From the NCBI GenBank assembly GCA_002269645.1, contig NIVC01000860.1, positions 124,001 to 188,000 on the forward strand: a stretch of DNA of 64,000 nucleotides. Reading direction: 5' to 3'. This document shows, in pieces, positions 17,780 through 30,021 of this stretch; position 1 is the stretch's first letter; each line of letters opens with the position of its first letter. The notes under the pieces were generated by a model that ran no database searches, was not told where the DNA came from, and saw only the letters and a program-made list of their open reading frames with translations. A program made the position numbers and the translations under genes. The stretch comes from Macrostomum lignano. Its lineage: Eukaryota.

Positions 17780-20526
17780 AATCTAATCTTCTCGAAACAA
17801 GAGAAAAAGTTCCGGGCTTAAATCGTCGTCTAAAGAAAGCAAAGCTTCTAACAGCCTGTGCATCAGGCTGCCAAAAGCTAACATCCATTTTAAAGGTTGT
17901 CAGCAAAACTTCTGACTCTGGTCTTGCGTCTGGCGCTGGTGACGGCGCCCATTCTGCCGGTGATGGCGCCCATTCGTCCGGTGACGGCGCCCACCAAGCC
18001 GCCGGTTCTACTTCTACATGCTCACTCTTGTCATCAAGCTGTCATTCAGCATCTGCTGTGAGAGATATCGGCCTTGCGGTGCAGAAGTCGGAGGTCCTTT
18101 CAAGTGAGGAACGAAGTTATTTTTGGCAGCACTGGAGTTACGCAATAATCTAACATCCAATTTTTCTCACAGCGTGCATGTTAATGTATAAATACAGGCC
18201 GTGGTCCGGCGAGACTCACTAAGTTTTTTTTTAACAACCAAACCTACGCGTTCAATACACAACAAAGAGGATTACCCATTTTCTCTTCACCATGTTCAAG
18301 GGCGTTCACGTAAAAGAAAGCTGCTTCCTGTACACCTTGAGCGCTTTCCGTGGTTGTCGGTGAGCAAAATTTCTGAATTAGAAGGTGCATTCTGTACACC
18401 TTGTGTTCCTTTTTCCTTGGGCACTGGAGTTGGTGGCCGCAGCAACGGTTGTGGACAGAAAGCTCGTGCACCTGTTTTGATGCCTCTAGAGAGGTTTGAT
18501 GATTCAACAGGAAAACAAGGTGTACTCTCACTGCATGAAAAAAGCGCATACCATATTGCAAACTATGAAAAAATGAAGGAGTATGACAGGCGCGTTCACA
18601 ATGGAGAAAAAGACCAGGACATCCGTTCGCAGCTTTTGACCGCAAGGCAGCAGGAGATCACAAAAAATCATGCAGGTCTAATACCAATTATTGACTTCAT
18701 CCTGACATGTGCTCGACAGAACATCGCTCTCCGAGGTCATCGCGGGGAGAATCAGCCACTTCTGTTAGATGGTTGCAAGCCTGAAATGAACGATGGGAAC
18801 TTTCGCGCGCTGTTGCGTTACCGAGCTCGAGGTGGGGATGCTGCTATTGTAAACCATGTGAGTCACGCAGCTGCCAATGCTTCTTATCTTTCTCCACAGA
18901 TCCAAAATGAAGTCCTCGATGTAGCCTTGAAGTTGCTGAGAGAGATCATCCATTCATCCTGCGAGTTCAGAATGCTGAATGCTGGGCTATGATAGTTGAT
19001 GAGACCATGGATTTTCAGAAGAGAGAGCAGCTTGTGATCGTTGCCCGCTACCTGTTCGTCGCCGCTGACGGCTCTGTGCAGCAGAATGAGGACCCTGTGT
19101 CAATGCTAGAGCTTGTGTCTGACATTGGCAGCACCGACTCATGGGAAGATGTTCGGCTTAGTGGTGAGAAGATTGCCGCTGCAATTTTTCGTCGGCTGGA
19201 GGCGATTGGACTTGACCTTACGCGATGCGTGGCTCAGTGCTATGATGACGCCTCTGCGATGGCCAGTGAGAGGGTTGGAGTCACAGCACACATCCAGAGA
19301 CAAGCTCCTCAGACCGATTACTTCTACTGCTTGGCTCATTGGCTAAATCTGAGCGCAGTACGTGCCGTTAAAATTCCGACTGTCAGAAACTCGCTAGGCG
19401 TGATTCAAGAAGTTGTAGCTGCATTTCGGTCCAGTGGGAAAAGAACTTTCCTACTCAAAGCAGATAATCCAAGAGTCAGATGAGACTGTCGGATCAAAGC
19501 GCCAGCTTGCGAGCCTGTGCGAGACGCGATTTTTGGAGCGTCACACTGCAGTTGTTACGTTTCGTCAGCTTTTCAGTCATGTTGTAGATGCTCTGGAAGA
19601 AATGAAGACCTGGCGTGGATCGGGGGCAGCTCGATCGGCAAAAACTTTGCATGCTGCTGTTCACAACTTTGATTTTATCGTCGGTATGATAGTCCTGGAA
19701 AATCTTGCTGGATTGCTTCTGCCTGTGTCTCGAAGGCTTCAAGCTGCAGACAGTGAGCTTGTCGAGTCCGTCCATGAGGTAAATGAAGTACTGTCATTGC
19801 TGAAGGTTCAGCGAAGTGTGAAGCAGCTTCACGATTTATTTAGAGAGGCGCGGGCTCTCGCACCCAAGCTTGACATAGATCAGAAAATACCTCGACAGGG
19901 ACGCCCTGTGGCTCGTTTCAGAATGCGCACGTGAAGCAGATGCAGTCGCAGGTTGTTGTTAGTAGTGTAGAAGACTACTACAGAACTGCTGTGTATTTTC
20001 CGGCGGTAGATGTTATTAAAGACGACATCAAGCTGTGATTTGGAGTCCACAGCAGCGTGCCTTTAATCTAGGTTGTCTTCTACCAGCAAATTTTAATGAC
20101 ACAAAATTAGACGCGCAACTTGCTCTTGTCCAGGAAGCAGCAAAGAAGTACAGCAGTTTGTTAGCAGATCCGTTTGCTGTGCTTAAGCAAGAGTACCTGC
20201 TGTGGCGTCAGCAGTGGTCAACAGCGGCTTCTGAAGAGCGTCCAGGCACTGCGGTACTATCTTTGCGAGCCTGCAGGAACGTGAAGTTTCCTATCATTTA
20301 TCGCCTACTGTCTATCTATGACACTCTGCCTGTGTAAACCTGCGAGCCAGAGATGGTATTCTCTAAGCTGAAGCAAACACTCATTTCAAGTTGTCGCAGC
20401 ATGATGGGTGAAGAGCGCTTGGAATCACTACTTCTGCTTCAGTGCCATCGTAGTGACTGCCCCACTCCGACGGAGGTTCTGGACTCTTTCGCTACGTCGG
20501 CTCGTCGATTAAAATTGCTCCTGTAA
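17780..20526 (+). pseudogene. Decayed hAT transposase (ZMYM1/P52rIPK-like: TTF-type Zn finger, DUF4371 region, C-terminal dimerisation domain)
   Basis: Fragments AFCTPC...H, NIALRGH...GNFRALL...YLSPQIQNE, IVDET...EQL, QCYDDAS, YCLAHWLNL, ETRFLERH and TLPV*TCEPEMVFSKLK...RSMMGEERL, separated by several frameshifts and stops. Confidence 0.88.
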
Positions 20527-22335
20527 GAGGCACCTGATACGAGCAGCCAACAAATGCTCGTATAGTTTTCGGTACGAGATATAACTATGACTAAAATGTT
20601 AGGTTGATTAATTAAAATTTTACTGCTATGCTTTTGTCTAGTGTGTAGTCATTTCGTAATCACACTTTTACTGTTATTGATTTGATCTAATCGAAAGGCT
20701 TACAAAATGCCTTTGAGGATATCACTACGTGGCCTACCGTACATGACCTTTTGTGCTTAATTATTGGTAGTTTTATTTGCGCATTTCAATTCGTAAGTAC
20801 ACATTTATATAGCTAGCTTTAGACTATTTCTCATTTGTTTTTGACAGCTGTAATCACATTTTTTAGGTCTGAAGAGTTGTTTCGGGAGGTGATCAGTCTC
20901 CCGAAAACTCCCACTTCCAGACACTTTAGCCTGGGAACAAATTTAACGTGTTCACTTACTGTGGCGGGCTCTTCTTCTGTGTCGGGCAGGTTCTCCGAGC
21001 TCGTTCCTTGTTTCTTCCTTGTGGCGCGCGTTTATAGAGTTCGCTTCTACCAATCTTCTTCTTCTCCGGAGGAATCTTCTTGAAGTCTTCGAAGTCCAAA
21101 GTCGGCCGAGAGTGAGAGCAGAACAGTGAAGTCGACGTCGAAATATCTCCTCGAGTGGCAAATCAATATCAACAGTGCGCCCTAATGAACTCAAAATTCT
21201 AACGCGAGGTCCTCCAAAGGGGGCGTCTTCTTCTAGATCTAACGGAATCGGAGTCGTGTTCTCCTATCGGTTAATCTAGGATAATCCAAATCAACAGTCA
21301 GTAATCCTCTAAGGGTATCGGAATCGGTCCGCAGATCCTATCCAATCCCTTAGGAAAATGGGAGGCATCTAATAGTCTCAGTAAAGTCAGTGGATCAACA
21401 ACGGCTGGCCGGCAATAAAATCGCTCTCAATTAATCAAAATAACGAAGACTTGAACAACGCTTCTCAATTGATACGCTTCTCTCCCAGAGATATAGCCTC
21501 GATTAGTTGCTCTAACTAACCACAAGATCTTTTGAGGCTGCTCCGAGTCTGAGGTTTCAGCTCGGATTTTACGCTTATATTTATAGTCGAAATTTTAGCA
21601 TATATTTAGTAGCGCGACTCATATTTCATCAGATTTCAACTTATTTCATCATATTTCACCATGTTGCAATGTATTTCACCATCGTTGCAACTTGTCTCAT
21701 GCTTCGTGGTACGTTGTATTCACTGTCTTAAAGTAGAGTATGACAATTTGAAATTTTTATAACATTCAAGTTTTTCGCATTATTATGTTACTACTTACAG
21801 TAGTTTACTTGTATTGTTTCTGGAGATCTCTACAGGTCCTTTAGAAGTTTAAAATATTTTGAGTAATCCTCAATCATCTGTAACTGTCAACAATAAATAT
21901 AAATAAATGATACTGTTGAATATGATCTGCTGTGGTCAAAAACAAATTCTTTATTTGATGAGAAAAATGCAAAAAGTGGCAAAGTTTAAACACCTCGTCA
22001 GTGTGGTACCTTTTCGAGAGAATTGTCCATTATGTTTCGCTTCTTTTTTGTCTGTCGGTGGCCTCTTACCATTTCCATGGTGGAGCACCCAATGGGGTGA
22101 TCTATCCAATATCCAATAAACGTTAAAACTTTATTTGCTCCAACTGTTACTTTCCTTTTTTCTCTTTTCTTGATGCACATATTTTTGTTATCGCGACAGT
22201 AGAATCGTTTATTTTCGGATTTGACATGCGTCTTGCGATACTTTTGATGATGGGCTAAACACTCGGATGTTTTAGAAGCGTTCCATAGCTTTCTGCCAAG
22301 GAAAATAAATAAAAATAGCAAGTTTATCCCTTTTT

Positions 22336-23009
22336 TCAATTTGCACTAATCACTGAATTATTTGCAGCAGTTAGCTTGACTTGGCTTTTATTTTTATTCA
22401 CCGGAGAAACTACATTGAGCAGACGCATGCTATCGGTATGCAACTGATTCATGGACCGAGCTCCACTGAGAACAAAGAAGCCGCTGTGAAAAAAGCAGGA
22501 CATTTACAAAACTTTAAATTGAAAATTAAAACAGAAAAGGCTTCTGGTTCACATTCAACGTTTGGAATAATTGATTTCAACATCAATAATGAAAGTTCGG
22601 GAACGAAATGGGAGCTGTCCATGAGCAGTAATAGTTTTAATTCGAACACAAATTATTTGATGAGGCAGCAGTTGAGCCAGGCACTTTTCGATGCAGCATA
22701 GACACGAAGCGACGGGCAGCCCTTTTGGCGTCTGCGTGGTTCTTGGCACCGCAGATGATCAGTTTTCCAGTAGGGTAGAGTAGCAGAGCGACTCTGGGAC
22801 TCCGCATCCGCTTGATGAGCACCCGGGGCCAGACGGGCCGGTAGATCACATGAGCCATGCTGAGAGCCAGTTCCCGTAGAGGCAGCTGGGCACCCCTGTC
22901 TCCATCCAGCCTCAGATCCATGCAATCCGCCAACAAGATTGGTCACTTTTAGGGCTGTAGCTGGTGGGCTCATTGCCGTTGACTTCTTCACCAAATCTGC
23001 TTTCACCAT
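22336..23009 (-). pseudogene. Intronless, highly divergent TATA-binding-protein-like (TBP/TRF) pseudogene with about 4 frameshifts
   Basis: Both TBP repeats are recoverable across frames: LKVTNLV / YRPVWPRVLIKRMRSPRVALLLYPTGKLIICGAKNHADAKRAARRF / VRIKTITAHGQLPF / ECEPEAFSVLIF / FHSGFFVLSGARS. Confidence 0.75.
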
Positions 23010-23449
23010 ACTCACTGCTCTAGTGCCATGCACACTGCTCGATTCTTAATTTGGTGCAAAACTTTGGCTTAAGCCAATTCTGTAGTGCAGCAATGAATTT
23101 CTCACTGCACAGCCAGTGTCTGAATCTGCTCGACTCGAGCAGCCAGCTCAAGTTCGGATTCTGCAGCTGCTGAAGACCCGCTGGGCCTTGTCCTTTCCAA
23201 TGCAGTGTCATAACTTGACTCAGGTAAGCTGATAGCAGACTCCTTGCAGTTGCCGAGGCACTCTACAGTATGTGTTTTTAGTATCTGTTGGCGTAGACTG
23301 AGCTACCCTTGTTTCCTCTAATGGTAGACTGGGCAGGCGAGAGGAGAGGACAGGAGAGGAGAGGAGATAAGAAGAGACAGGTGAGAGAAAAGAGCTGAGA
23401 AAAGACAAAAACCTTGAGCGGGCTGGATTGCTATTGTGAAGTTTCAAAG

Positions 23450-23520
23450 GACCCGAGGGCCGGATAGAGAGGCTTTGGAGGCCACATGCGGCTCGGGGGC
23501 CGGTAGCTTGCCGACCCCTG
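23450..23520. mobile_element. Right end of a Charlie/SPIN-type hAT MITE
   Basis: Ends GGGCCGGTAGCTTGCCGACCCCTG (TIR of the CAGGGGTCGGCAA type); no left end found. Confidence 0.5.
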
Positions 23521-24547
23521 CTATAGACAGTGCTTTCTGCATACGGCTATATCAAGTTAATTGTCTGTCAGCTATACCAAACATTCGACCGCACCCAGAG
23601 TACTTCAAATAGACCCAGAAGCGCTGCGAGACACTTGGCCCACTCACTACATTCGTGCAAAAAGTACAGTAGAAAAACGAAAAACAAGTTTCGGACAAAT
23701 TGAGTCCCCTCTGCTAGCTTGAGCATAGCTATTCATACAGATTGTGTACAGCTCCTGCACACGTACGTTTTTTAAACTCAACAGGGCTTTTATTTAAGAT
23801 ATGCTTTTCTTGAATAATGGCTCGTGTACTGGCTTCTTGTCTCTGTTATACGAGTATATCACTGCTGTCACAGATGCACTTTCGTTAACCCTCCGTCTGT
23901 TTTTTCTATTATTATTTTACCGTCCCTATGGGCACAGGGAGATCATTATAAAGCAGCTTATGCGCAAGTTACCCTGATAAAACGAGAGTCTCCTATAGTC
24001 AGCAGCCGAGAAACATCTGCGAACAAAAGTGATAGAAATGGCAGCAGCTGGTCGACAGAGCAGCTACGAAAATAACCAGGTAATTAACTATATAACCACC
24101 TCGTTTCTAACTGACTTTGTACAACTTAGCTCTATAGAGGTCAGCAAAATCCACATACGGGCCCACAAAGCCTCTCTCTATCGGGCCGTCGGGTCCTTCG
24201 AAACTTCACAATTAGCAATCTGAACCCTCAAAGGCTTCTCTCTTTTCTTAGCTCACATATCTCTAATCTCTCCCTTCTCCCTTCTCTCCTTTCTTTCCCT
24301 TCTCTCCTCCTCTCTCCTCTCCTACGCTATCTCTCATCTCATCCTTTATCTCCCCACCTCTCATTTCTACTATTTTCTTTTCTCTATTTTCGTTTTTAAA
24401 AGTCTACGAGTAGTCGTAAGTGTTCAACTGACTTGGCTCGAACTTATAAAATACCCGAGAAAGATAGATGAAAATGGTCTGTACGAGTACAAAGCTTTAT
24501 CTCTGTATCCTACAAGTAGTTTCTGTGGTCGTTCGCAATTAAAAGAA

Positions 24548-26179
24548 ATGGTTTTCTTCATATCTTCGCAGGAAACCGCTAGGCTGCTGGACTCAGAGAG
24601 TTCGGAGTCAGCTGAAGATCAGCCAGTCGAGGTCAGTCCTATTTGCAAGCTAAAATGCCTCGTCCTTGGCCTGGTCATTGTCGTCATCGGGGTCGTTGCA
24701 TCACTTAACGAAGGCACGGTGACCTACCAGGAGAAACACAATAAAAGTAGGCTCAACAAAAGTAGCTGGCGATGGTACAACAGGGACAACCCAAACCTTT
24801 GGGTCTGCTGGGCCATCAAGTGCATTCAGTTGTTGATGGGGATCATCTCAGTTGTCTTCTTGCTTAAAGAAGTAATGAAAAAAGGATACTTATCAAATTT
24901 GCCTCGATTTCAAGAACTACCAAAGAAATTTTCCAACTATCCAACCACAATGTTTATTTCAATATTCATCATATTTGCCATCCTTGGCGTAGTCTGTGCC
25001 ATTGCTGAGACAATTAGCGAGCTTATCAATTCAATTGATCCTAATGTATACGAGATGCTCCCGTATGCGGATGTGCTGCGCTGTGTCCTGCTGTTTGCAT
25101 TCATACTACTGCAGGCTTGGTTCTTTACTAAAAACAATCGGATGTGTCTAAATTGGAAGCTGGACGGAGCCTGGGTAGCCATGACAATTATACTGGCTAC
25201 CAATGTGTCATTGTGGTTCTTTTACATCTCCTATGAAATTTCCAAGATAGCCGGGGAAAACCACGCTTGCGATACCAATGAAACAACGAGGAAGAAACTT
25301 CACGAGAGCTTTGATATGATAGTCGAGATCATGTTCCCGTTTCTGATTGAATTCTTTCTCATGGGAGCCATACTGGCTGCCAGTTTCTTGTCTAACATTG
25401 GGCGGCTGAGCTGTATTTTAAACTAGCTGCAGCAGAGTGTCCCCTACCTGACTAACGGCGCTGAAATGAATTTCAAAGACCATCTTCGTAAACACCTGCA
25501 CAGCCTGCTCTTAGGAATGGCGTTGGCCGGTTCAGCTATCCTCATCTCCTTGATGATGAAACTGTTCACATGCGAGAGAGAACCGTGGCACCTCCTGACA
25601 CTCTACATTCTGGCCGTACTATTCGTGGCCGGATCGGTATGCTGCGTTGTGCTGCTGCGCGCCTTCAGGGTAGACGGGGAGGCTAAAGTTGAGACAAAGA
25701 CTCGAACTGCGGCAGACAGGCTGATGCTCTGGTGCTGTGTTGTGGCCCTAGTAGTAGATGAACTGAACCGGTTATGGGGCTTGTTTCAGAGTGACAAGCC
25801 GCTGTACAATGCTATTGGCACCGGTTTGGTTATTGTGTTTGACATCGTACAGAGCGTGCTGCAAGTGTACGTGCTTGAGTGCATCCTGCTGAGGCTGGAA
25901 GTGCGGGTAGGCGGCAGTCCCCGTTCTCAGGGCGGCAGTATTGGCGCTCGCTTACTCACCGTTCTCATGGTGATCAATGCGCTTGAGTGGCTGGTCAGCG
26001 CCGTAGCCTTCAGTCTGTTTTTCTTCAACAGCAACAGCCAAAGAAGTGCAGCCACTATGGCTCTGGTAGTGATTAGCGCACCTCTGCAGGTGTTCTTCCG
26101 GTTTCATTCGGTTGGCTGCATCCATGAATTTCGGGAGCACTGTCGCGAGGTCGACTCGACGATCCCAGCATCCCGATAG
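24548..26179 (+). CDS. Otopetrin-like proton channel, intronless, interrupted by a single in-frame TAG (25424-25426)
   Basis: LLQAW, LATNVSLW, FPFLIEFFL...SNIG, HSLLLG, QSVLQ, VINALEW and PLQVFFRFHS match otopetrin motifs; the two ORFs are in frame and 13 codons apart. Confidence 0.8.
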
Positions 26180-27124
26180 CACCTGGGTATGGAGATGTGG
26201 TATGATCTGCTGTCAAAGCTGAAAAATCGCATCAATCGGACGCCATGTTGCCATGTTATGCAAGACTTTCTGCAGTTTTACTTGTAATACATACCACTAT
26301 AACTATATCTAACTATAACTATACTTAAACTTTCGGTGAAGAGCTGAAAACAATCTTTAACTTAACTAAACTTACTGTAAATGTGTTTAACAGATAACTG
26401 TTAGAATTTTTTATTTATACGCTGGCTAAGTACGAAGCGGTTATTCGACCATCCCTTCAGTTCATCAGGCCTTGCCTCTGTTTATCGGTTTTTCTCTTTC
26501 ACCGTATAGTTTAGGGCTGTTCTTCTTATTTCTCTTTCCCTCGCTGCCCTCTGATTGGCTCTTCAATCTCGCCTCTCTTCAGCCGCGCACTCCACCCCTA
26601 CTTTTTTCTTATTACGAGTGCGTGTACACTCAAGTCCACCTACTTATTTGAATGTCTTATAGATATAATCGTTTTGCACCTTCAACCCCACGTAGCGATT
26701 AATTTTATTCCTAAAATATATTGTTATCTTTTTTGTGTAGTCTTTACCAGTAGAAGTATCAACGGTAGAAACGTTGATACAGAGCCACTTAAAACAGTAG
26801 ACAATTTCCTCTGTTGCGCCGGAATGGAGCAACGCAAGCACACGGAATTTCTGAAAACGGGCTAACTTTTTTCTTTTCTCTGCAACTTCTCAAAACAGGA
26901 ATCTAGTCGCCAACCCTCCAGACTGTCGAGATTTTCAACGATTCTGCCAGCAGGTTGGATTTTCCTCTCAGATTCCCCTGGTGCCATCGGTTAAAAAGGC
27001 CGACGGCGTCAGGGTGATGACGAAATGCTCAAGAGACCTGCTTTGGATGTCCAGCAGTTGAGGTTTGCTCACTGTCGAGGCTTGGTGAGCGAAACTAGAA
27101 AAATATGAATCAGGGTGTCAATAG

Positions 27125-27236
27125 TAGGGTTGTTCGTGTTTCCATTTTTACGGGTTCAGGGTTTACCCAAAAGGACACCCAACCCGAAACCCGACCCGGA
27201 CTGAAACCGACCCGACCCGAACCCGAACATTCCCTG
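27125..27236. mobile_element. Short hAT-like MITE with CCCGA subterminal repeats
   Basis: TAGGGTTGTTCG...CCCGAACATTCCCTG imperfect TIRs; no TSD seen. A related right end lies at ~27820-27966 (CCCGAACACCCCTAG). Confidence 0.45.
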
Positions 27237-28997
27237 AAGGGTGAACGCTTAATCTCAGGCTTTCTGTGATGATCTTTTTTCCAAGATTGACGACTGAAGG
27301 GATTTAATCGTCCTGAGGTACCTCTAGTAGTCTACTTCTCGTTCTCATTTGCACGAGAATTCTCATCTCCTTGCTCCTTAACTCCTATTTCTAGTCATCA
27401 GCTGGCAATCTCAAGTCTTCACTCGTCTACTCCCTATAATTTGACTCCTCATTCTTAAGATCTTAGCATTGAGTTTAACATCTACTTATCCAAATGTTTA
27501 CCAACTTGGCTTCAAGTTGTCATTGTTAGCGCAACATTCGAGTGTAGCTTAATGAAGAATTGGAAAATAAAGGTTGAACACCCTTTAATTTTTTATTTAA
27601 AACTTTTGAATCTACCGCGAAAAAAACAAACAATGGCTTTTATTTACTACTATAATAATTTATAACAATTGCATAGCATACATGTAGGTTCGAACTTTAA
27701 TACAAGCATTAAATCGTTTTTCAAAGTTTAAATATTCGCCTTTTAATACTTAAAAAGCGTTGCATAACGACATTAGGAGAAATTTATTTTAAAATAGCTA
27801 AAGTTTTTTCCTTTAAACCCGAAAACCTCGAAAACTCGAACCCGAACACTTAACCCCGACCCGAAAACCCAAACCCGAACACCCGACCCGATCGACCCCG
27901 AACCCGGTACCAAAACCCGACCGGAAACCCGACCCGACCCCGAACCCCGAACCCCGAACACCCCTAGTCCATAGTCACCTGGTGCCACCTGTTGAAGGTC
28001 CAGAAGCTCCACCTATGTGAAGGCCAGTAACCAACAAAGTCAGAGTTGATGCGGACACATGTGGTCGATGTGCTGATGAAATTTGGAAGCTTGGAAAGAC
28101 TGCACTGAGGCGCAGTGCTGTTTGGCGAACAGTTGTATATTGAATACACTATAGCGCTTATGGAAAAAAACTGACCTTCTGACAGAATTATTGAACGTCT
28201 CAATCGTCCGGAGAGCTGGCGACTTGATTCTTGTTTGAGAAGGTGCGCAGCAAAACTTTAGCCCGTGCTCTGGAATTTCGTGTGCTGCCCAGCTTCGTTT
28301 CGGCACAGCAAAAAAAGTTCAGGTGTATTTTCCATGGTAGTTTGACTAAAAATGGCTTTGTGTTCCTGTTGTTAATGACGGATGACAAAGGCTTCAAGGC
28401 AGTAAGCGCCGCAGTGAGTGCTAAGCGCTTGAACTTGGGTGCTTGAAAAGCCAGGCATCGACCAACCAGAGTTGCGTGCAGAGCTGTCGTCGTCGGAAAA
28501 CAAAAAATTATCGACTTTTCCGTGACTATGCAGCTCCAACATCAGTAGCTTGATTTCCCAAGACTCTCTTGCAATTAATTTTCTAGCCAGGCGAATGCCG
28601 AAGAAGCTTCTTCTCGTAAATCAATCAGAGCTGTTCTGTTTAGGCATTCGTGCGGGGTCTGCTGTCACCTAATGAAGATGTGATGTGACTAGGATGATGA
28701 TACAAGCTACCATGAGGGTTTGGTTCGTCTAGAATCAGGGACGTTATTAGAGATGTCTATTTCAGAATTGGAGTTAAATTTACATACAGTCAACAACAAT
28801 ATGGAGTGCATTAGTTTGCTTTTAATAACCAAAAATACCGGCTGCACGCATCGAGCAAGCATTGGAAGCATCCTTAGCTACTCGAGTTTGCAACCACTTC
28901 CTTTCTTTAAAACTCTGCTATCAATTCGGCATGCTCGTATAGATAAGAACACGGACAACTAAAACAACGCATTTACAGGACGCGACACTCAAGTTTC

Positions 28998-29575
28998 ATG
29001 GAAAAGCTTTTGAAGGCCACTTTTCGCCGAAAAATACACTACGGAGATACGCTCGTAGGAGGTTTTCATGTTTCAGCAAAAAAATTGTTATTGCTTTCGA
29101 TAGGAGGCAGACCCAATGTTTATCTTTTGATATGCTGTGCCTTTCTTATAGAAAGTTATATTTTATGTTAGTTACATGCATGTACCTAAAAATCATAAAA
29201 ATGCATGGCACAGCTCGAATCCTTGGTTTTATGAGTCTATTTTATCAATTCTGTTACAAATATTGTTATACAATCAGCTAAGAATGACAAAATAGATTTA
29301 AAAATCAATGAGCTGAGCCGTGCCATTTCAATGGTTTTTAGGCACAGGACAAGCAATTATACGTAAAATGAGAAAGTAACATAGAATCCTAATTTTCAAA
29401 ACGAAAAACTTTATGAATATCAATAGACCTACAAAAGAGGCACAACATATCAAAAGATGAACATTGGTTTTGGCCTCCTATCAAAGGCAATAACAAATTT
29501 TGGGCTGAAAAATGAAAACTTCTCATCTTCGTAGTGTATTTTTTGACGAAAAGTGGCCTTCAAAACATTTTCCAT
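28998..29575. mobile_element. Fold-back MITE with long (~170 bp) imperfect inverted arms
   Basis: ATGGAAAAGCTTTTGAAGGCCACTTTTCG... pairs with ...CGAAAAGTGGCCTTCAAAACATTTTCCAT; an internally deleted relative lies at ~48920-49150. Confidence 0.75.
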
Positions 29576-30021
29576 AGATTTGGAATGTTACGTCATTCTA
29601 CTTTAGTAGTCCTTGGATACGAATAGATGGATGAAAGTGTCGGCACTTGCAGCGAGGGGTTGCGCATCGGGTAATGATTTCTGGGTGTGCTTTCTGCTTT
29701 GTGCGATCACATCGGCGATTCCATTTTCGGTGACGTTGTTTTCTTGGAAAGAAGCCTGCAGGAAAAAGTCCAGATTCGAGCTCAATGAGATTGCGATAAG
29801 TTCCTTTTTTGTCGTAGTATTTATCGATCTCCTTTTCGGAGAAAATTGAATTTCTAATTGAAATGGATTCTTTGTTAAACCGTGGGGAGCCAAAAGTTCA
29901 TTCGTCCTCTAATCGATGTAGCTAATTCTTCTCTAGCATTTTGTCAAGGATGTGAACAAAACTCAAGGCTTCTTATCTACGAACAAGGCTCTGCTTTCAT
30001 CCTTCATCCTGGCCGGGATAG

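Noticed and set aside
25383-25437. Short intron removing the otopetrin TAG (CTAAC branch-like motif, TTTTAAACTAG acceptor-like)
   Set aside because: Nearby GT donors give lengths that break the frame (44, 37, 88 nt) or rely on a weak donor and delete the conserved NIG; not supported without cDNA.
28395-28450. QALSTHCGAYC on the minus strand resembling a cysteine-protease catalytic motif
   Set aside because: Flanked by stops, with no His/Asp motifs nearby; could be chance.
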